Origin: Amphiscolops sp. MND2022
Taxonomy: Eukaryota
Direction of reading: 5' to 3'
Assembly: GCA_964187785.1 (NCBI GenBank)
Contig: OZ076409.1
Coordinates: forward strand, 94,552,001 to 94,616,000
Length of the DNA: 64,000 nucleotides
A program made the translations under genes and the position numbers. The notes under the pieces are model-generated. The model saw nothing but the letters and a program-made list of their open reading frames with translations, made no database searches and had not been told where the DNA came from. This document shows, piece by piece, positions 11,968-25,500 of this stretch. Positions within the stretch are counted from its first letter, which is position 1. Each line of letters begins with the position of its first letter.

Positions 11968-12650
11968 TGTTACGACTATTTACCGGTGTTGTTTTAGAGT
12001 TAGTCGCAGTGTGGATTTTGACGGGGGTAGACGTTCTTGCTACGGAGACATTCTCTGGTTCAGAGTCCGAGTCTTGAGCATTCATGTAGACAGTCTGTTT
12101 TTTGTTTAAAGGCGCTATCAGTTTTAACATTTCCTTCTGGTTTTCCGCAAGTATTTTGGTGAGATCAGACATAATCTCTTTTCTTAATGATGTTTTTATC
12201 TCAGCCAAGCCTTCTGGTTCTATCCTAGGGATCTTGCTAGAACTAGCTACAAGAGTTTCAGGCGGAAAGTTTTCGGTTATGGAGGTTTCAAAATCACCAG
12301 AGACTAATTCTGCTACAGCCTTCCTTTTCTGACTTCTAGTTGTCATTTTGCTTCAGAGGGAGAGAGAGAGTATCTTTGGAAAGGTTAAATTTTTCAAAGA
12401 TTCGTTTTCATTATAATAACGGAACTGAACTGATTGTTATAAGTCAAGTTGAGAAACTAACTGATTTACATGTATGTATTACATATTTATACCTTCCCAG
12501 CATCATTTGTTCCTCACCTAAAAATTCCTAGGTATCACAAAAATCGGGTTTGTTCAACAAAAAGCGCTAATGATTCATATTATTTCAGTCCCGCGTCATA
12601 AAGTCAGGCTTCAAAATTCCTAGTTACGTCAGCGTTCCGTAAAATTTGTT
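11968..12650 (-). mobile_element. Probable solo-LTR-like relic containing a TATA box and the start of a gag-like ORF (MTTRSQKRK...)
   Basis: TATAAATA at 12491-12484, ATG at 12346, open frame up to terminal AGTCGTAACA at 11968. The paralogue at 59850 ends at the same motif. Upstream boundary and TSD not resolved. Confidence 0.6.
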
Positions 12651-13582
12651 GAAGTCATTTTTGTTCAAGCGGTTCATTTCCTGTTTGTGCTTCAAAATTG
12701 CGGTAAAATAGAAGTCTAGTTTTCATTTTCATCGACGCAAGCACGCCGGCGTGATCAATTAGTCAGATTCCTAACTTAGAAATTGAAATTCGAAGTAAAA
12801 GAATGACACTCAAAAAATAGCAACGGAACTGTGACGCAATGTGAATATTTTATGGCCAAAGATACTTGGAAAACCAAAATGAAGAACAAAGTGATGCTGA
12901 GAAGTCTTTAGGAAACGAATAGCTTGTGTAAATGCAAATTGTTACGAACTTTACATGTATTGGGAACTCAAAACAGAACCTCCAGTGTTTACGTGGGTTT
13001 CCAAAAAATGAGGGAAGAAGGCAACTCTTTCCTGGATTCTTGCACTAATACCGTGTGTAACATGCGAGGAGTCGCCGAAAGAAAGATTCACTTTTTTTGA
13101 ATTCTTGGAATTGTGTGTTTCCTTCACTAGGCAATATTTAGCTATTTTAGGTAGCGTCACTAGTTAGGTTCCACTTACAAGTTGTGGATTATTCGCTTTG
13201 TATGAATTCACCATAATACCAATTATACTTTTTTGTGGTTTTATCTTTTTGTTCGAATTCATCATACTAGCATCAATAAAAATTGTAGATTTTTTGTTTT
13301 GTATAAAATCACCATAAAACCAATACAGAAATACAGTTTCAACTTCTGGAAAACAAATCCACTGGAGAAAAGGAAGAGGGGTCTAAACGTCTGTTATTAT
13401 TGCCATTTTTCTCTTGTGAAATTGAATGAAGCAGTAAGGTTTTGCTGGCGAAATGGTTTTCAAAGCTATCAGACGACAAATGAAAAATTGATTTGAACTC
13501 AATGCTTAAAACACTTTCCGGGGGAAACGAAAGTAATTCTAGAACTTCTAAGGTTTTCATATGAACTTCTCATAGTTGGTTA

Positions 13583-14245
13583 AATGGATTTGAAAAGCTA
13601 TGAACCGAAAAACGAAAAGTTGCTATCATTTATCATTTCAATAATGAAATTACTTTTTACCCAAGTTGAAAAATCAATCGTTTAGAAATGTTAAAACGAA
13701 AATAAAAATGAAAGATCAGTGAAACGGATTCCCTTTTGGGAAGAAACGGAGTCCCTTCTCTAGAAGGTCTAGAGCCTCTCTTGTATTCCAATGATTTTCC
13801 CATAAGCAATTCGAGGTACAGTTAAACTTTGTTGGTGAAATGGATTTGAAAATTTATGAACCGAGAAACGAAACGTTGCCTTCTTTTCCATTTCAATATT
13901 GAAATTAATTTTTAACCAAGTTGAAAAATCAATCGTTTAGAAATGTTAAAAACGAATTTAAAAATGAAGGATCAGAGAAACGGATTCCCTTTGAGAAAAA
14001 ACGGATTCCCTACTCTAGAAGGTCTAGAGCCTCTATTGCTTTCCAATGATTTTCCCATACGAAATTCGATGTACAGTTATATTTTTTTCTTGTAATGAAT
14101 TTGAAAAGCTTTGAACCGAAAATATAAAAGTTGCTTTCCTTTATCATTTCAATAATGAAGAGACTTTTTCACCAAGTTCAAAAGTGAATCGGTTAGAAGT
14201 GTTAAAAAGAATATGAAAATAAAGGATCAGAGAAACGGATTTCCG
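13583..14245. repeat. Tandem repeat, ~256-bp unit, ~2.6 copies
   Basis: Units start with aatg(g/a)atttgaaaa at ~13583, ~13839 and ~14094. Each has gatcag.gaaacggatt; the first two have ctctagaaggtctagag. Confidence 0.9.
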
Positions 14246-16789
14246 TGGAAATGTAGTGAATCTAGATGCGTTGTCTACCACTCCGCAACTACACACTGCT
14301 GGGCGACTCGATACCAAACACTCTGCATTCCCTCCATATTGATGCCTCGGCTCAAAAGATATTGGTCCTTTTCCGCTTCACAATGATAGAAAGAATAAGT
14401 AGTGACCTTTTCCAAATTCAATGTAAAAAATAACAAACCCGACTCTTGCTTCGACTCTCTGTGCAAAAGTTTTGGTAACTTCACTCCAAAAGTCCTTCAT
14501 CCATTTTCCCTCAAATTGATTCAGCTAAAGACATCGTTTTTTTACGTTTCGCAAGTAAGTAAGTCATGTAATCACTGTTATGAAATAAATGCACGCTGAA
14601 AATCACGATGCTTGGAAATGTATGATTCCCTGAAGTTTCTTTGCATTGAAATCGTGGTAAAAGTGACTCAGCTGAACTTGACAATTAGAAAAGCTGCTTA
14701 AATAGAGTAATAATTTGGTAGGAGAGGACAAAGAAGACCTAAAGTATCTTACCTTTACCAGCAGAAGACCTAAGCTGCTTGAAAAGTAATTTATACGGAG
14801 CAGACATAAAGTTAAAACGACTCCAGGAGTATTTAAATAGAATATTTCAAATACCCTCTCCCTGTTCGCCAAAATGAAAAAATGTCCATATCAACTGTGA
14901 TGAAAGAGTTCGTTTTGTATATACTCCAGGGATCATTTGAAGAAAATGTACCAAAGATCCCCCTGTTTGCAAAATCAAAACACTCATATCAATGTAAATG
15001 AAACAGTCAACTTTGTAACGCCTCCAAAAGCGAGCATTCAAATGGTATTATCATAAGTTGCCCCCCACCCTGTTCGCCAAATTCAAAAGCAGATTTAATA
15101 ACAATTATAATGAAAGATCAAAATGTTTAAACGAATCTTATTTCCAATGTTACAGAAATTATACACAATGGCATTTAATGAGAGTATTGTAAGAGCACCA
15201 AGAGGCTCAGAAATCTATGATATTAAAGACTTTAAGGACCTCAAGAGCGTTAAGACAGCTAATTTAGAGCGATAATTTTGAACAATCAACTAAAATCGAA
15301 TGTCTAACAGCGTGGTCTCATGAAAATACGGCCAATTTATTTGAGAAAATAAAGTAAAATTTTCGATGGGTTCATAATTTCGAAGCTTGAACGGCTCCAG
15401 GAGCGTTACGACATATATTTTAACGAAAGTAATAAACAACCCTTAGAAATCCAGGAAATGCCGCTCAAGAAGTGCCCCCAAGTTCTCCTCCCAGATAAAT
15501 AAACTGGTCAATTTCAACCACCATGTTGGAAAACGTGACCGTGTTAAGAAGAAGAAGCCACATGTAGTAGTCATTTTGCCTGTGACTAATGTCTGCTGCC
15601 TGTATTTTCTGAGGATGCGCTCAAAGAGCATCAACTGCTTGAAAGCTGCGCTAAAAGGGCAATGGAGCTCGCAGACGGTCTTTCCTCGCTTCTGAAGAAT
15701 TGAAGTAAGTTGTTCATCACATAAATAACTGATACTCCGCAAAAACAAGCTGGTTACAGTAAAATATTGATCACATCAAACTTTTTATCAATTGCTAATT
15801 GCCCTGGCGAAGTAGTAAAGTACCACCCATAACAAAATTTCTTGATTAGGGTTGCTGTACTACATCGTTCAAAGTTAAAGAGACTGTAACGGGGACGCTG
15901 AAAAGCACGACGTGTGAAGCATGTGGTCAGGGGTTTTCCACCCGCAGCAACATGTTGTGGCATCTTGATTGAGCTCTGCATCACCGATTCCAAAATATGG
16001 CCTTCTCACGAGTCCTCAGAAAAACAGCCAATGAAGACTCTTATTGGTAAAGAAAGTCAGCCAATATCAAGAAATTGTTTTTACAATTGAGAGTACAACG
16101 GGAGTCAAATTATACACACTATTTGCCCCCTATTACTTTTGGAGTTATAAGTGTTTTTTCAAATAGCTATATTGACAAGGAAATAACTGTGGGTCCTTTT
16201 ACTGTATAAAAGCATGTAGGTAACGTTTTAAAAGTTCTCCCATGCTACGAGCACAATGAGAGGACCACACAGAGTGCCGTCCAAAACCAGTCTAATCAGG
16301 TGTTGCATTACATGTTACATTGTTTCTCCATCCTCTGGAGAGTTGCTAAGCAGAATGCTGAAGACCTGGTGATTCCGCATGTCCCCAATGAAGCGGCTAC
16401 ACAGTTTCTGCAGTTAGCAGAACACATGCTGCGTAACATGGTTGAACCCGATGATTCCGTAGTCGTAAAGTCTGAAAAACTTATCCAGGTGAGATCAGAA
16501 ACTATATTTCCTGCAAAACATATTGTGACCAAAATACGATTCCCAAGTTGATGAAAAGCTTCCAAAAAATGAAAGTTGCTCATCCGGTAACTTGAACAAA
16601 CACCGATCATGCAAAACGGTAGACAAAAGGTTCTCTTTTAAACCCCGTCGAAGAATTCTGCTGAAACTTTGGATCGGTTGATATTTTGTTAATTATTCTT
16701 TTTCAGAATGCGCTGCTGAAAACGCTTCAACAATTTTTTCGCATTTAACTCCTGATTTGTCTAGAGTTTTTAGGAGAGATTATTGCTTC

Positions 16790-17030
16790 AACAATGAATA
16801 AAAACTGATGTTGGTCAAATTGTTTTTAGAAATTTCCGACATTTCATCCAAAGACATGCATTTGTTCTTTGAGAAACTCTTTTTCTATGTTTGCAAAGAC
16901 ACGTCAGCTTCCAGTTTGATTTCGTGCCGTCATTACTCTGGCATCCTGTCAGAAAGTAAAACTATCAACAAAAAGTGTTTCTGTAACTATTGCTGAAAAA
17001 TTTTGAGTTTGGATGAAATTTGTGCTGCTC
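16790..17030 (+). repeat. Old dispersed repeat, second copy at ~30340-30570
   Basis: Colinear blocks tttcatccaaagacatgc, cgtcagcttc, tatcaaca and ttgagtttg in both copies. Confidence 0.7.
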
Positions 17031-18164
17031 AAAACTTGGTTTATGTTAAGTGCTATTCTTTCGATAAGTACAGAACAAGTTTCTAAGTTTTGCAGATACG
17101 TCGGTAGCTAACTTTATTTCTTTGAGAACTCAGATACTGTTCTTCTTGTTGTTTTACTATAAAAGAACCATTTGATTACAAAATTCGAGTAACTCTGATA
17201 TTACAGTTATGGCGATTACACCAATGATTACAACAAAATTAAATTGTCACTACAAGGATTAAATATCATTCAGGGCGTCACAATTCTAATATAAAAGATT
17301 ACTGCTTCCATGAAAATATTAGAAATTGTCAGAAATCAAATTTAAAAAACTCAACTTCTTTTTTGAGATGTCATCTGTGAAACTATCGAACAATGAATGA
17401 AAACATTGTTCGAAAAAATGAAAATACTTTAGGTCATGCAAATCATGGCACCACATTCAAAAAGAAGTGGATTTTGTTTTGAATTGTTTTGGTGTGTTCA
17501 AGTGTTTTGAAGAATTATATTTGTTTTAGAGGGTGTATTGTACATGAAGAGTGAGAACATCCTGAATTGGAACTTCTTATGTTCGAAGGGTTCAAAATGG
17601 TGCAACGTTTCTGAGCAGTCAAAATGAAAGTTGACTGAGATTCTTGCTCTAGTTACTGTTTGACATTATTATTATTATTATTTCTTTTAAGTGTCGAATC
17701 ATCAGAAATATGGACATTTTAGAAATTTCTTCAGCATGAATTTTTTGAATTGATGTGAAGTTTTTACAGCTGAAGAAGTGTGAGTTTTTGGTGTCAATGA
17801 GATATGAACCGATATTGGCAGGTACTGAACCAATTCGAAAGAAGCCATTTGGTTCAAAGTGATTGAGTTCCAGAAAAGTGTGAAGAATAATCTTCCAAAA
17901 GTGCTTCAAACTTGTTGTACTATGAAAACAAAAGGAATAAAATTTTGAATCATGCACAAAAGTGATTGAATTGACCAGAGAATAAAAGTCAAAACAAAAC
18001 GATTATATTTTTATACACGATGACACAGGTTATAAGAGAAAATATAACAGGAGTATTACACGATATATGTGATCTAAACTCTAGAATATGATAAAATGCT
18101 AAATTTTGGATTATACTATTCAAAGTTTGAAAGATATTTGTCGAGAAGAAGTTCGAAGGGCTTG

Positions 18165-18320
18165 AAAGTCTGCAGTGACGTGGAAATCTGCGAAAAAATT
18201 GGAAGTCGAGGATGAAGTGGAAGTCTGCAATGAAGTTGAAGTCTGCGATGAAGTGGGAGTCTGAGATGATGTGAAAGTCTGCGATAGAATGGAAGTATGC
18301 GATGAAGTGGGACTCTCCGG
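18165..18320. repeat. 18-bp minisatellite (gaagtctgcgatgaagtg-like)
   Basis: About 7-8 degenerate units; explains the Ser/Thr-rich ORFs at 18116-18463. Confidence 0.8.
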
Positions 18321-19679
18321 ATGACAGTGGAAAGAGTAGTGACGATGCATGATGAATGATGCAGCGATAGGAATTGAAGTGAGAATAAGGAGTTTGAGAT
18401 GAAGAAGCAATCGAATGACGAGCGACAGTGACGATGACAGTGAGAGAGAGAGAGAGGGAGCAATGAAGAAGACAGTTAGTATGTTATTCCTTGTAAAAAA
18501 AAAAGATGTTTTGGTTTGGGCTGTGTAGGATGTGTTTTAGACTCGTGTTTTTCCAATCTTTGATTATATAAAAAAACCTGAGAGCTGCAGTGGCTTCTTT
18601 TATGGTTGTTTTGAGACAGTATTATTTGTGTGTGATAAGCATATTGATAAAAGAGACACCGTTTAACACAGTTTCAAAAATAGCCACTTCATTTCCATTT
18701 TGGTGGAGCCTCAGTTATTGTTAGTACGGGATCTCTTTTTAAATTGGTCATTACAATATATAATAACTTGCAGAAGGAGCGGGCAGTGCAATAGGAAACT
18801 TTGCTTGCATTGACTTCAGTTGCTAATTTTAGCGCGAGAGGTTCAAAAATAACAGCTCAAAGGCTATTGATGTTCGAGGTAGATAAAACAAACTTTTGTT
18901 CAGTCTGCTGATGAAAGCGAGAACAAGAACAAGATGGGAGGGGATTTTGTATAATGTTTTGTAATATTTCAAAAGAAACGTCAAACGGTATAATGAAGTA
19001 TAAGAAACCAATTGTATGATGATATTTCAAGTGAGAAAAGTAGAGGTCTTGTTTCAAAAATTGAAGAGAACTGAACGATAAATGAAAAGAGTGTTGCCTG
19101 TTGAACATGAAAACAAAAAGTACAATACCTGTAAAATGTATATTATGTTCCAAAGTTGAGCAACGTCCAATAGTTGAACAGTGGTACCAATGGCGTAAAA
19201 GAAAAGGTGTTTCACCTGTTGAAATTTTTTTGGATGATAAGAGGAGTGAAAAACTTTGTTCAAATTGTCTAAATCAAGACTTGTGTTGTTCTTTGAGAGT
19301 TTAGATCGAGTGCTTGAAGAAATTTGTAGATAAGATTGTAGCATGTACTGAAGTGTGTGAGTGTGGTAAAAGGAAAGGTATGGGTCTAGTCATTGTGAAA
19401 TATCACGAAGCGTTCTTGAGTTCAACAAAGTGGAAAGACTATCAGTTTTGGTTATAGGTGGTTGAATGGAAAGTGTGTAGTGTTGTTCTGTTTTGCTTTA
19501 TCTTCTGTTTGGACTGTAAAAAAAATATTTTAGCGGAACTGAAGAGGAATTCTTTGTAGGAATAGAACTGCTCATTTGATCATCGTGATCTTGGTTTTCT
19601 AAAAACGTGGAATTGATAGGAGAAAAATTATGCATCAAAAAGAAGACTTTAGGCTAATTTTAGCGCTCAATTAGACGTT

Positions 19680-20340
19680 CAATTATTTCCACATGACTGA
19701 CCGAAAGGGGCACATTTGACTTGATCCTGCTGATATTCTCCTTGAACTGATGAAAAACACCATTTTAAGACCCTGTCACCTTCCGCCAGTGAAATGACGC
19801 AAATGCATGTCATCAAAAACTTTTTGTTCAAGGAATCCACTTTGCTGGGTATAGAGGATGTTCTCTTCTTGTTGTAACAGCGTCTACCGTCATTTTTTTT
19901 TACGAATTGATTGGATATGGGTTGGAAACACAAAGTTACACAATGATATAAGATAATTTTGAGATCTATCAAAAAGCATTTTGCTCTTTTTGGATTGTGT
20001 TCTCAATACTTTCTTTTGTCCAGCAACTAACAATAAGCTTTCACACTATGAAATGTGGAAACTACTTGAACGTTATTGTAGGTTAAATTGCGAATTCAGC
20101 TGAATTGTAACCATTCCACACAGCAAAACCAAGAACATTGAAACATAAGACTTTATTGCAGTGATGCGTTTGACCTGGTTCTTTGTTTTCGTGAAGGTGT
20201 AGTGGAAAAAAAAAAGAGAAAAGGGAGCAATTAGACCGAGTGTACATTTATACGGAGTACAAGAGTTACATGTGAAAGAAAAGACCGGACTTGAAGAATG
20301 TGTTCAAGTAAGCAGAGTCTACTTTACTATGTTTGATGCC
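19680..20340 (+). repeat. Unclassified dispersed repeat, related copies at ~55300-55570 and ~57055-57390
   Basis: Shared blocks ctgggtatag, cttcttgttgtaacag, tttgagatctatcaa, cagcaactaacaataa and aagcagagtctact. Confidence 0.7.
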
Positions 20341-20969
20341 TTGTTTTGCATGACGTCAAGTTTTGCATGACGTCAAGTGAGATCTCACAAAATTAAAAAT
20401 AGATAACTAAATCAGCTTCGCTTGAAACTTAGAAACTTCCTATACACCTTCTCAAAAAAATGGGCTCAAACATAAATCAAGTTTTGAGCAGCACAATTGG
20501 CAGGACCACGAAAATACTCTTCTCGCTTTCTCCGTTCCTACAACTACCGTTCTGCCGTACTCCTCGGTTTCTCGACCTGATATACCTTTCCCATAAAACT
20601 AACTTAGAACGTTTCAATATCTTCCGCCGACGATCTTCTCCGCTTTAGTATATTCGTTTGGCTTTTCTTCGGATTTGTAGCCCTTGTTTTCATTGATCGA
20701 TTTATAGTTCCTTTCATACCTAAGTCATTATACACGTTTGTATATAACCCTTTTCACCCAACCTTTTCTTTGGTACATCTTATTCGTCCTAATGTCTTAC
20801 TCTCTTTTTTGGTATTTTTGGTATATTTTCGGTACTTTTTGCTTTTTCATACCACATAATGCAAGCATCATATCACTTTTGTCTTTTTAAAAGTTTTTAA
20901 TTCATTAGTTTTTTGAAAAAGATTTTTTTATTTTCAAAGATAAGTTTTCCAGAAAATCAAACAAAATAT

Positions 20970-22125
20970 TTAAAAGATCAAAATGTCTTTGGCCAACACT
21001 ACTGATTAATTTTGGAGTTAGAACGAGGGCATAACTGCATAATCTGCTACACCAAAAGCAGCATCAAAATTACACTCTAAGCGAATAGGTTGAGATGAAA
21101 GATTTTCTTTTTGCACGAAATCAATTTTATAAACATTGTAGTTTTCTATTGCATAAAATGCTTGATCGTTTTCTCTTTCATAGTTACGTTCCCTATTACA
21201 TTCCCTGTTTCATCAATAGGGTCTTTTTGATCCCATTTTACAAACCGTATTAGAAAGAGCAAGTCTATCAAATGTTGCATTATTATGTGTTTGTGAATCA
21301 GTTTTTGTTTCTACCTTGAAATCCAAACATTACAAACTTTGATGTTGACTCCCCACTATTTCCTTATTGAATTGTCCAATTTTTAATGTGCTTTTCTGAA
21401 AACTTTTCGTTCTGCATAATACACTCCGTTGGATCTATATTCAATAATCTTTTCGTCGCAATTCACTGGTTTTCCATGGAAGGGTTGTAAGGTAGAATGT
21501 ACAAACGAAAACCCATTCTAACAATTTTCGCAACATCTACCCCACTGCCACCAATGATGGCATCGCTGTTGTTGTTACGTTTTAAGGTGACTTTACGTTA
21601 AAAGATAGGGTGTAACCCAATCCAAAAATAATTTTTTCTTGATCACCAGAACCAATCAGATCACTCAATTTAATTCTCACAGAAAATTTTCCTTTTTATG
21701 TTTCATTGCTTGTTCGTTCTATTTTTCTTGTGTTTTCTGTTTCTTCAAATCCCTAAACAACTCACTTGTTTGTTGGTTAGTAGGTAAAACTTTACGCATG
21801 TAAAACACTATACCTATGGCGTGTAAATTCCACGCGTTTCCCCGCACATGTTGTTAGCTTGGCTTCACTAAATGAAGCAACAGGTCCCAAGTTGACTATA
21901 CTTGTCTGATCATTCTCTGCATATCTTGTGTTATCATTTCCAAATTTGGGTGAGATGTAAGATGTTTGTAAAGAAAGATCACCATCTTCTCTTGGGAGCA
22001 TAATGAAACCATTCGTTATGTTTTTATTAACTGTAGCTAGACTACATGGGGAGTGTTTAATGAATTCAATTTTGAAAAAAAGTTCATCGAGAGCAAATTT
22101 ATTGTTCAATGAAAACACATCCACT
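20970..22125 (-). pseudogene. Decayed major-capsid-like gene of a Polinton/Maverick-like element
   Basis: Frameshifted ~380-codon unit: FIMLPREDGDLSLQTSYI...RYAENDQTSIVNLGPVASFSEAKLTT...KGKFSVRIKLSDLIG..QEKIIFGLGYTL..LKRNNSDA...FVMFGFQ..DSQTHNNATFDRL...YALVLTPKLISSVGQRHFDL. Length and beta-strand pattern fit a double-jelly-roll capsid. Recognised by eye only. Confidence 0.55.
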
Positions 22126-22500
22126 TTTTTATTTAGAAAAAGATTTCTTTTGTTCGTAACTTTGATTGGTGCTCCAAACCATGATTTCCTATACAAGGAT
22201 ATAACTTTTCAGAACTCCGTTTCTGTTTTCCGCCCACATATAAGGGGGGATAGCACCTCTTGTTGAACAGTCTAAGTCTGATAAGTACTGATGATTTTAT
22301 TTCGGTTCGATGTTTTCCAACAAGTATTCATCACTTAAAGTCTTGAAAAATTCAATTTTTTTCTTTATTTCAAATGAGTCAAACAATCATTTGTTGTATA
22401 ATACTTGTATAACACCTTGACTGCTCCATCTTCACCTTTTAATAAATTCTAAAACAAACATTGTATCATTTGTTGTTCTTCAACTGTTTTGGTTTCCAAA

Positions 22501-25500
22501 ATAATTTCTTCTTTCTTTTCTGATACTTCAATATTGTAATCTTGTTCTAAATTTATCAAATTTGTTCTGAAGCCTTCCAGCTGTTTATTTGTGTCTAAGA
22601 ACAATTTTGCTTTGATCAATACGTTGGTAACTTTAATTTCTTCTGTATCGATTGTTGAAACTTTATTCAAAGTAATTTTTTATTTATTACTTGAAATGTT
22701 GAACAGTTTCTTTTGTGATTCTAGGTAATTTCAAATTTGTCACAAACTTGTTTTTTCGTTAGCTTGCAACACTATAGTAAAAAAAAATTGAAATTGTTTA
22801 TAGTTAAATAAGTATTAAGTTATACTCCAACTGATGGGGAATACTCACACTTCCAAGGATTTTAATAATAGATTCAAAGTCGAATACACTTCCTGGAATT
22901 TCCTGCTCATAATATTTTCCTTTTAGTTGTTCGATGTTTTCGTCTTCTAAAGCATAGGTTACTGAACTTGTATCATTACTTTTATTTAATTTATAAATTT
23001 CTCCTTTCCAATTTGTTGTATAAACTTCACTATGTAAATTGCGTTTATCAGAACTCTTACAAAGTCCCCCACTGGATATTTGGGTTGTTTTGTTTCATTA
23101 TTATTGTTGGGTGGATTTGTTTGTTTGTTAGTAGTTTAAATTTTCAAAAGGTGTCATTCGGGTTGTGTCTTGGACACGATTATTATAAATTTTCGAAAGC
23201 AGCATCTAGATCATTCAACCAACAAGCCTCACCTTAATTTACATTTGTTCTTGTACAAGACTCAAGATGGTCTTTTGAAGCGTTCAACAAAACGGCTTCC
23301 ATATCTGATATGATTGAATAAACATGAATTTCATTGAGTTTAGGAAAATTCAAAAAAAAAATCCTACAATTGTTTTTCTCTATCGGCCACACTTCATTGA
23401 GTTTTCGTTTCTCTTTTTCATTCAATGAGAGTTTTGAATGCTTGTGTAGTTCTGGTACCACTCTTTTTAGGTAGAGGAATTGCTCATGCATATTTAGTAT
23501 GAGTATCAACTTTTGTGAAAACTAACTTTCACTTTTTGTTGTATCTATCTAATCAAAACACCAACACCCATTTATATTTTGAGTTTGTATACTGATACTC
23601 TAGCTTTTTTTATTTGATTACAGGAGAGAATAGCGATGGCTTTTTTCAAATACTTGATTCCATCAGAACTTTTCCTAACATTATGAAAGATGTTTAGTTA
23701 TTGAATTTAATAAAAATTATTTTTTAAACTTTTTTTCTAAGTTAGTGTTTCTTTCACCAAGGAGCTGCCTCATAGTAGTCTCAGTAAATCATTTTACTCT
23801 GTTCGTTTTTTTACTAAGAGCTCAGTCTTACTGATCTCAGTGAATCAGGGCACTGAATCAATATTTTTTATCAAGTGCTACTTCTTGATAAGATTATAAA
23901 TGCAATAATAAAAAAGACGTAAAGAAGATGTTAGTTTAAAATCACAATTCTCTAAAAATAAAAATGGAGACTTGCTTAGTAAGAGTATAGATGGTTATAA
24001 AACAAAAAACAAATGTGAATACTGTAATCGTGAATTCATAAGAACAATTATAAAACCTAGAAAAACAATTCATACAAATATAATTCACTCAAGGAAACTT
24101 GATACAAATGATAATGATAAAATTGATACCCTTGGTGACACACATGATACAAAAGGTATTATTGCATTCTATAGAACAGTAGAAGTTGGTCCTTAATTTT
24201 GTGGTGAAACCTAATTGTTATCAAATTATTGATAATTATTTCGCTTTGATTACCCTGAACAACCAAAATGAAATTAAAACTAGGTCTCCGGAACAAAGCA
24301 AAAACATAAAAACCAGTAGATTTTTCAGTGGACGAAGATGTAGAAGACAAAACCAAACAAGATTTTTTAAAACTGTTGAGTTATATTTGATGAGATGGCA
24401 GATAGAATTCAAAACTGCATTGATCCGATTTTCAATAAAGCAAGACATGATGATTTAGATGTTTAATATTTATCACAATCATAATTCGATTCACACAAAA
24501 ATACAATTAGAAACAACTGTAACATAATTTCTTTTTTCTTTTCTGATACTTCAATATTGTAATCTTGTTCTAAATTTATCAAATTTGTTCTGGAGCCTTC
24601 CAGCTGTTTATTTGTGTCTAAGAACAAACTTTTTTTGATCAATACGTTGGTAAATTTAATTTCTTCTGTATCGATTGTTGAAACTTTATTCAAAGTAATT
24701 TTTTATTTATTACTTGAAATGTTGAACAGTTTCTTTTGTGATTCTAGGTAATTTCAAATTTGTCACAAACTTGTTTTTTCGTTAGCTTGCAACACTATAG
24801 TAAAAAAAATTGAAATTTTTATAGTTATATAAGTATTAAGTTATACTCCAATTGATGGGGAATACTCACACTTCCAAGGATTTTAATAATAGATTCAAAG
24901 TCGAATACACTTCCTGGAATTTCCTGCTCATAATATTTTCCTTTTAGTTGTTCGATGTTTTCGTCTTCTAAAGCATAGGTTACTGAACTTGTATCATTAC
25001 TTTTATTTAATTTATAAATTTCTCCTTTCCAATTTGTTGTATAAACTTCACTATGTAAATTGCGTTTATCAGAACTCTTACAAAGTCCTCCACTGGATAT
25101 TTGGGTTGTTTTGTTTCATTATTATTGTTAGGTGGATTTGTTTGTTTGTTAGTAGTTGAAATTTTCAAAAGGTGTCATTCGGGTTGTGTCTTGGACACGA
25201 TTATTACAAATTTTCCAAAGCAGCATCTAGATGATTCAACCAACAAGCCTCACCTCAATTTACATTTGTTCTTTCACAAGACCTAAGATGGTCTATTGAA
25301 GCGTTCAACAAAACGGCTTCCATATCTGATATGATTGAATAAACATGAGTTTCATTGAGTTTAGGAAAATTCAAAAAAAAATTCCTACAATTGTTTTTCT
25401 CTATCGGCCACACTTCATTGAGTTTTCGTTTCTCTTTTTCATTCAATGAGAGTTTTGAATGCTTGTGTAGTTCTGGTACCACTTTATTTAGGTAGAGGAA

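Noticed and set aside
20344..20378. 17-bp direct repeat ttttgcatgacgtcaag x2
   Set aside because: A simple local duplication with no associated structure.
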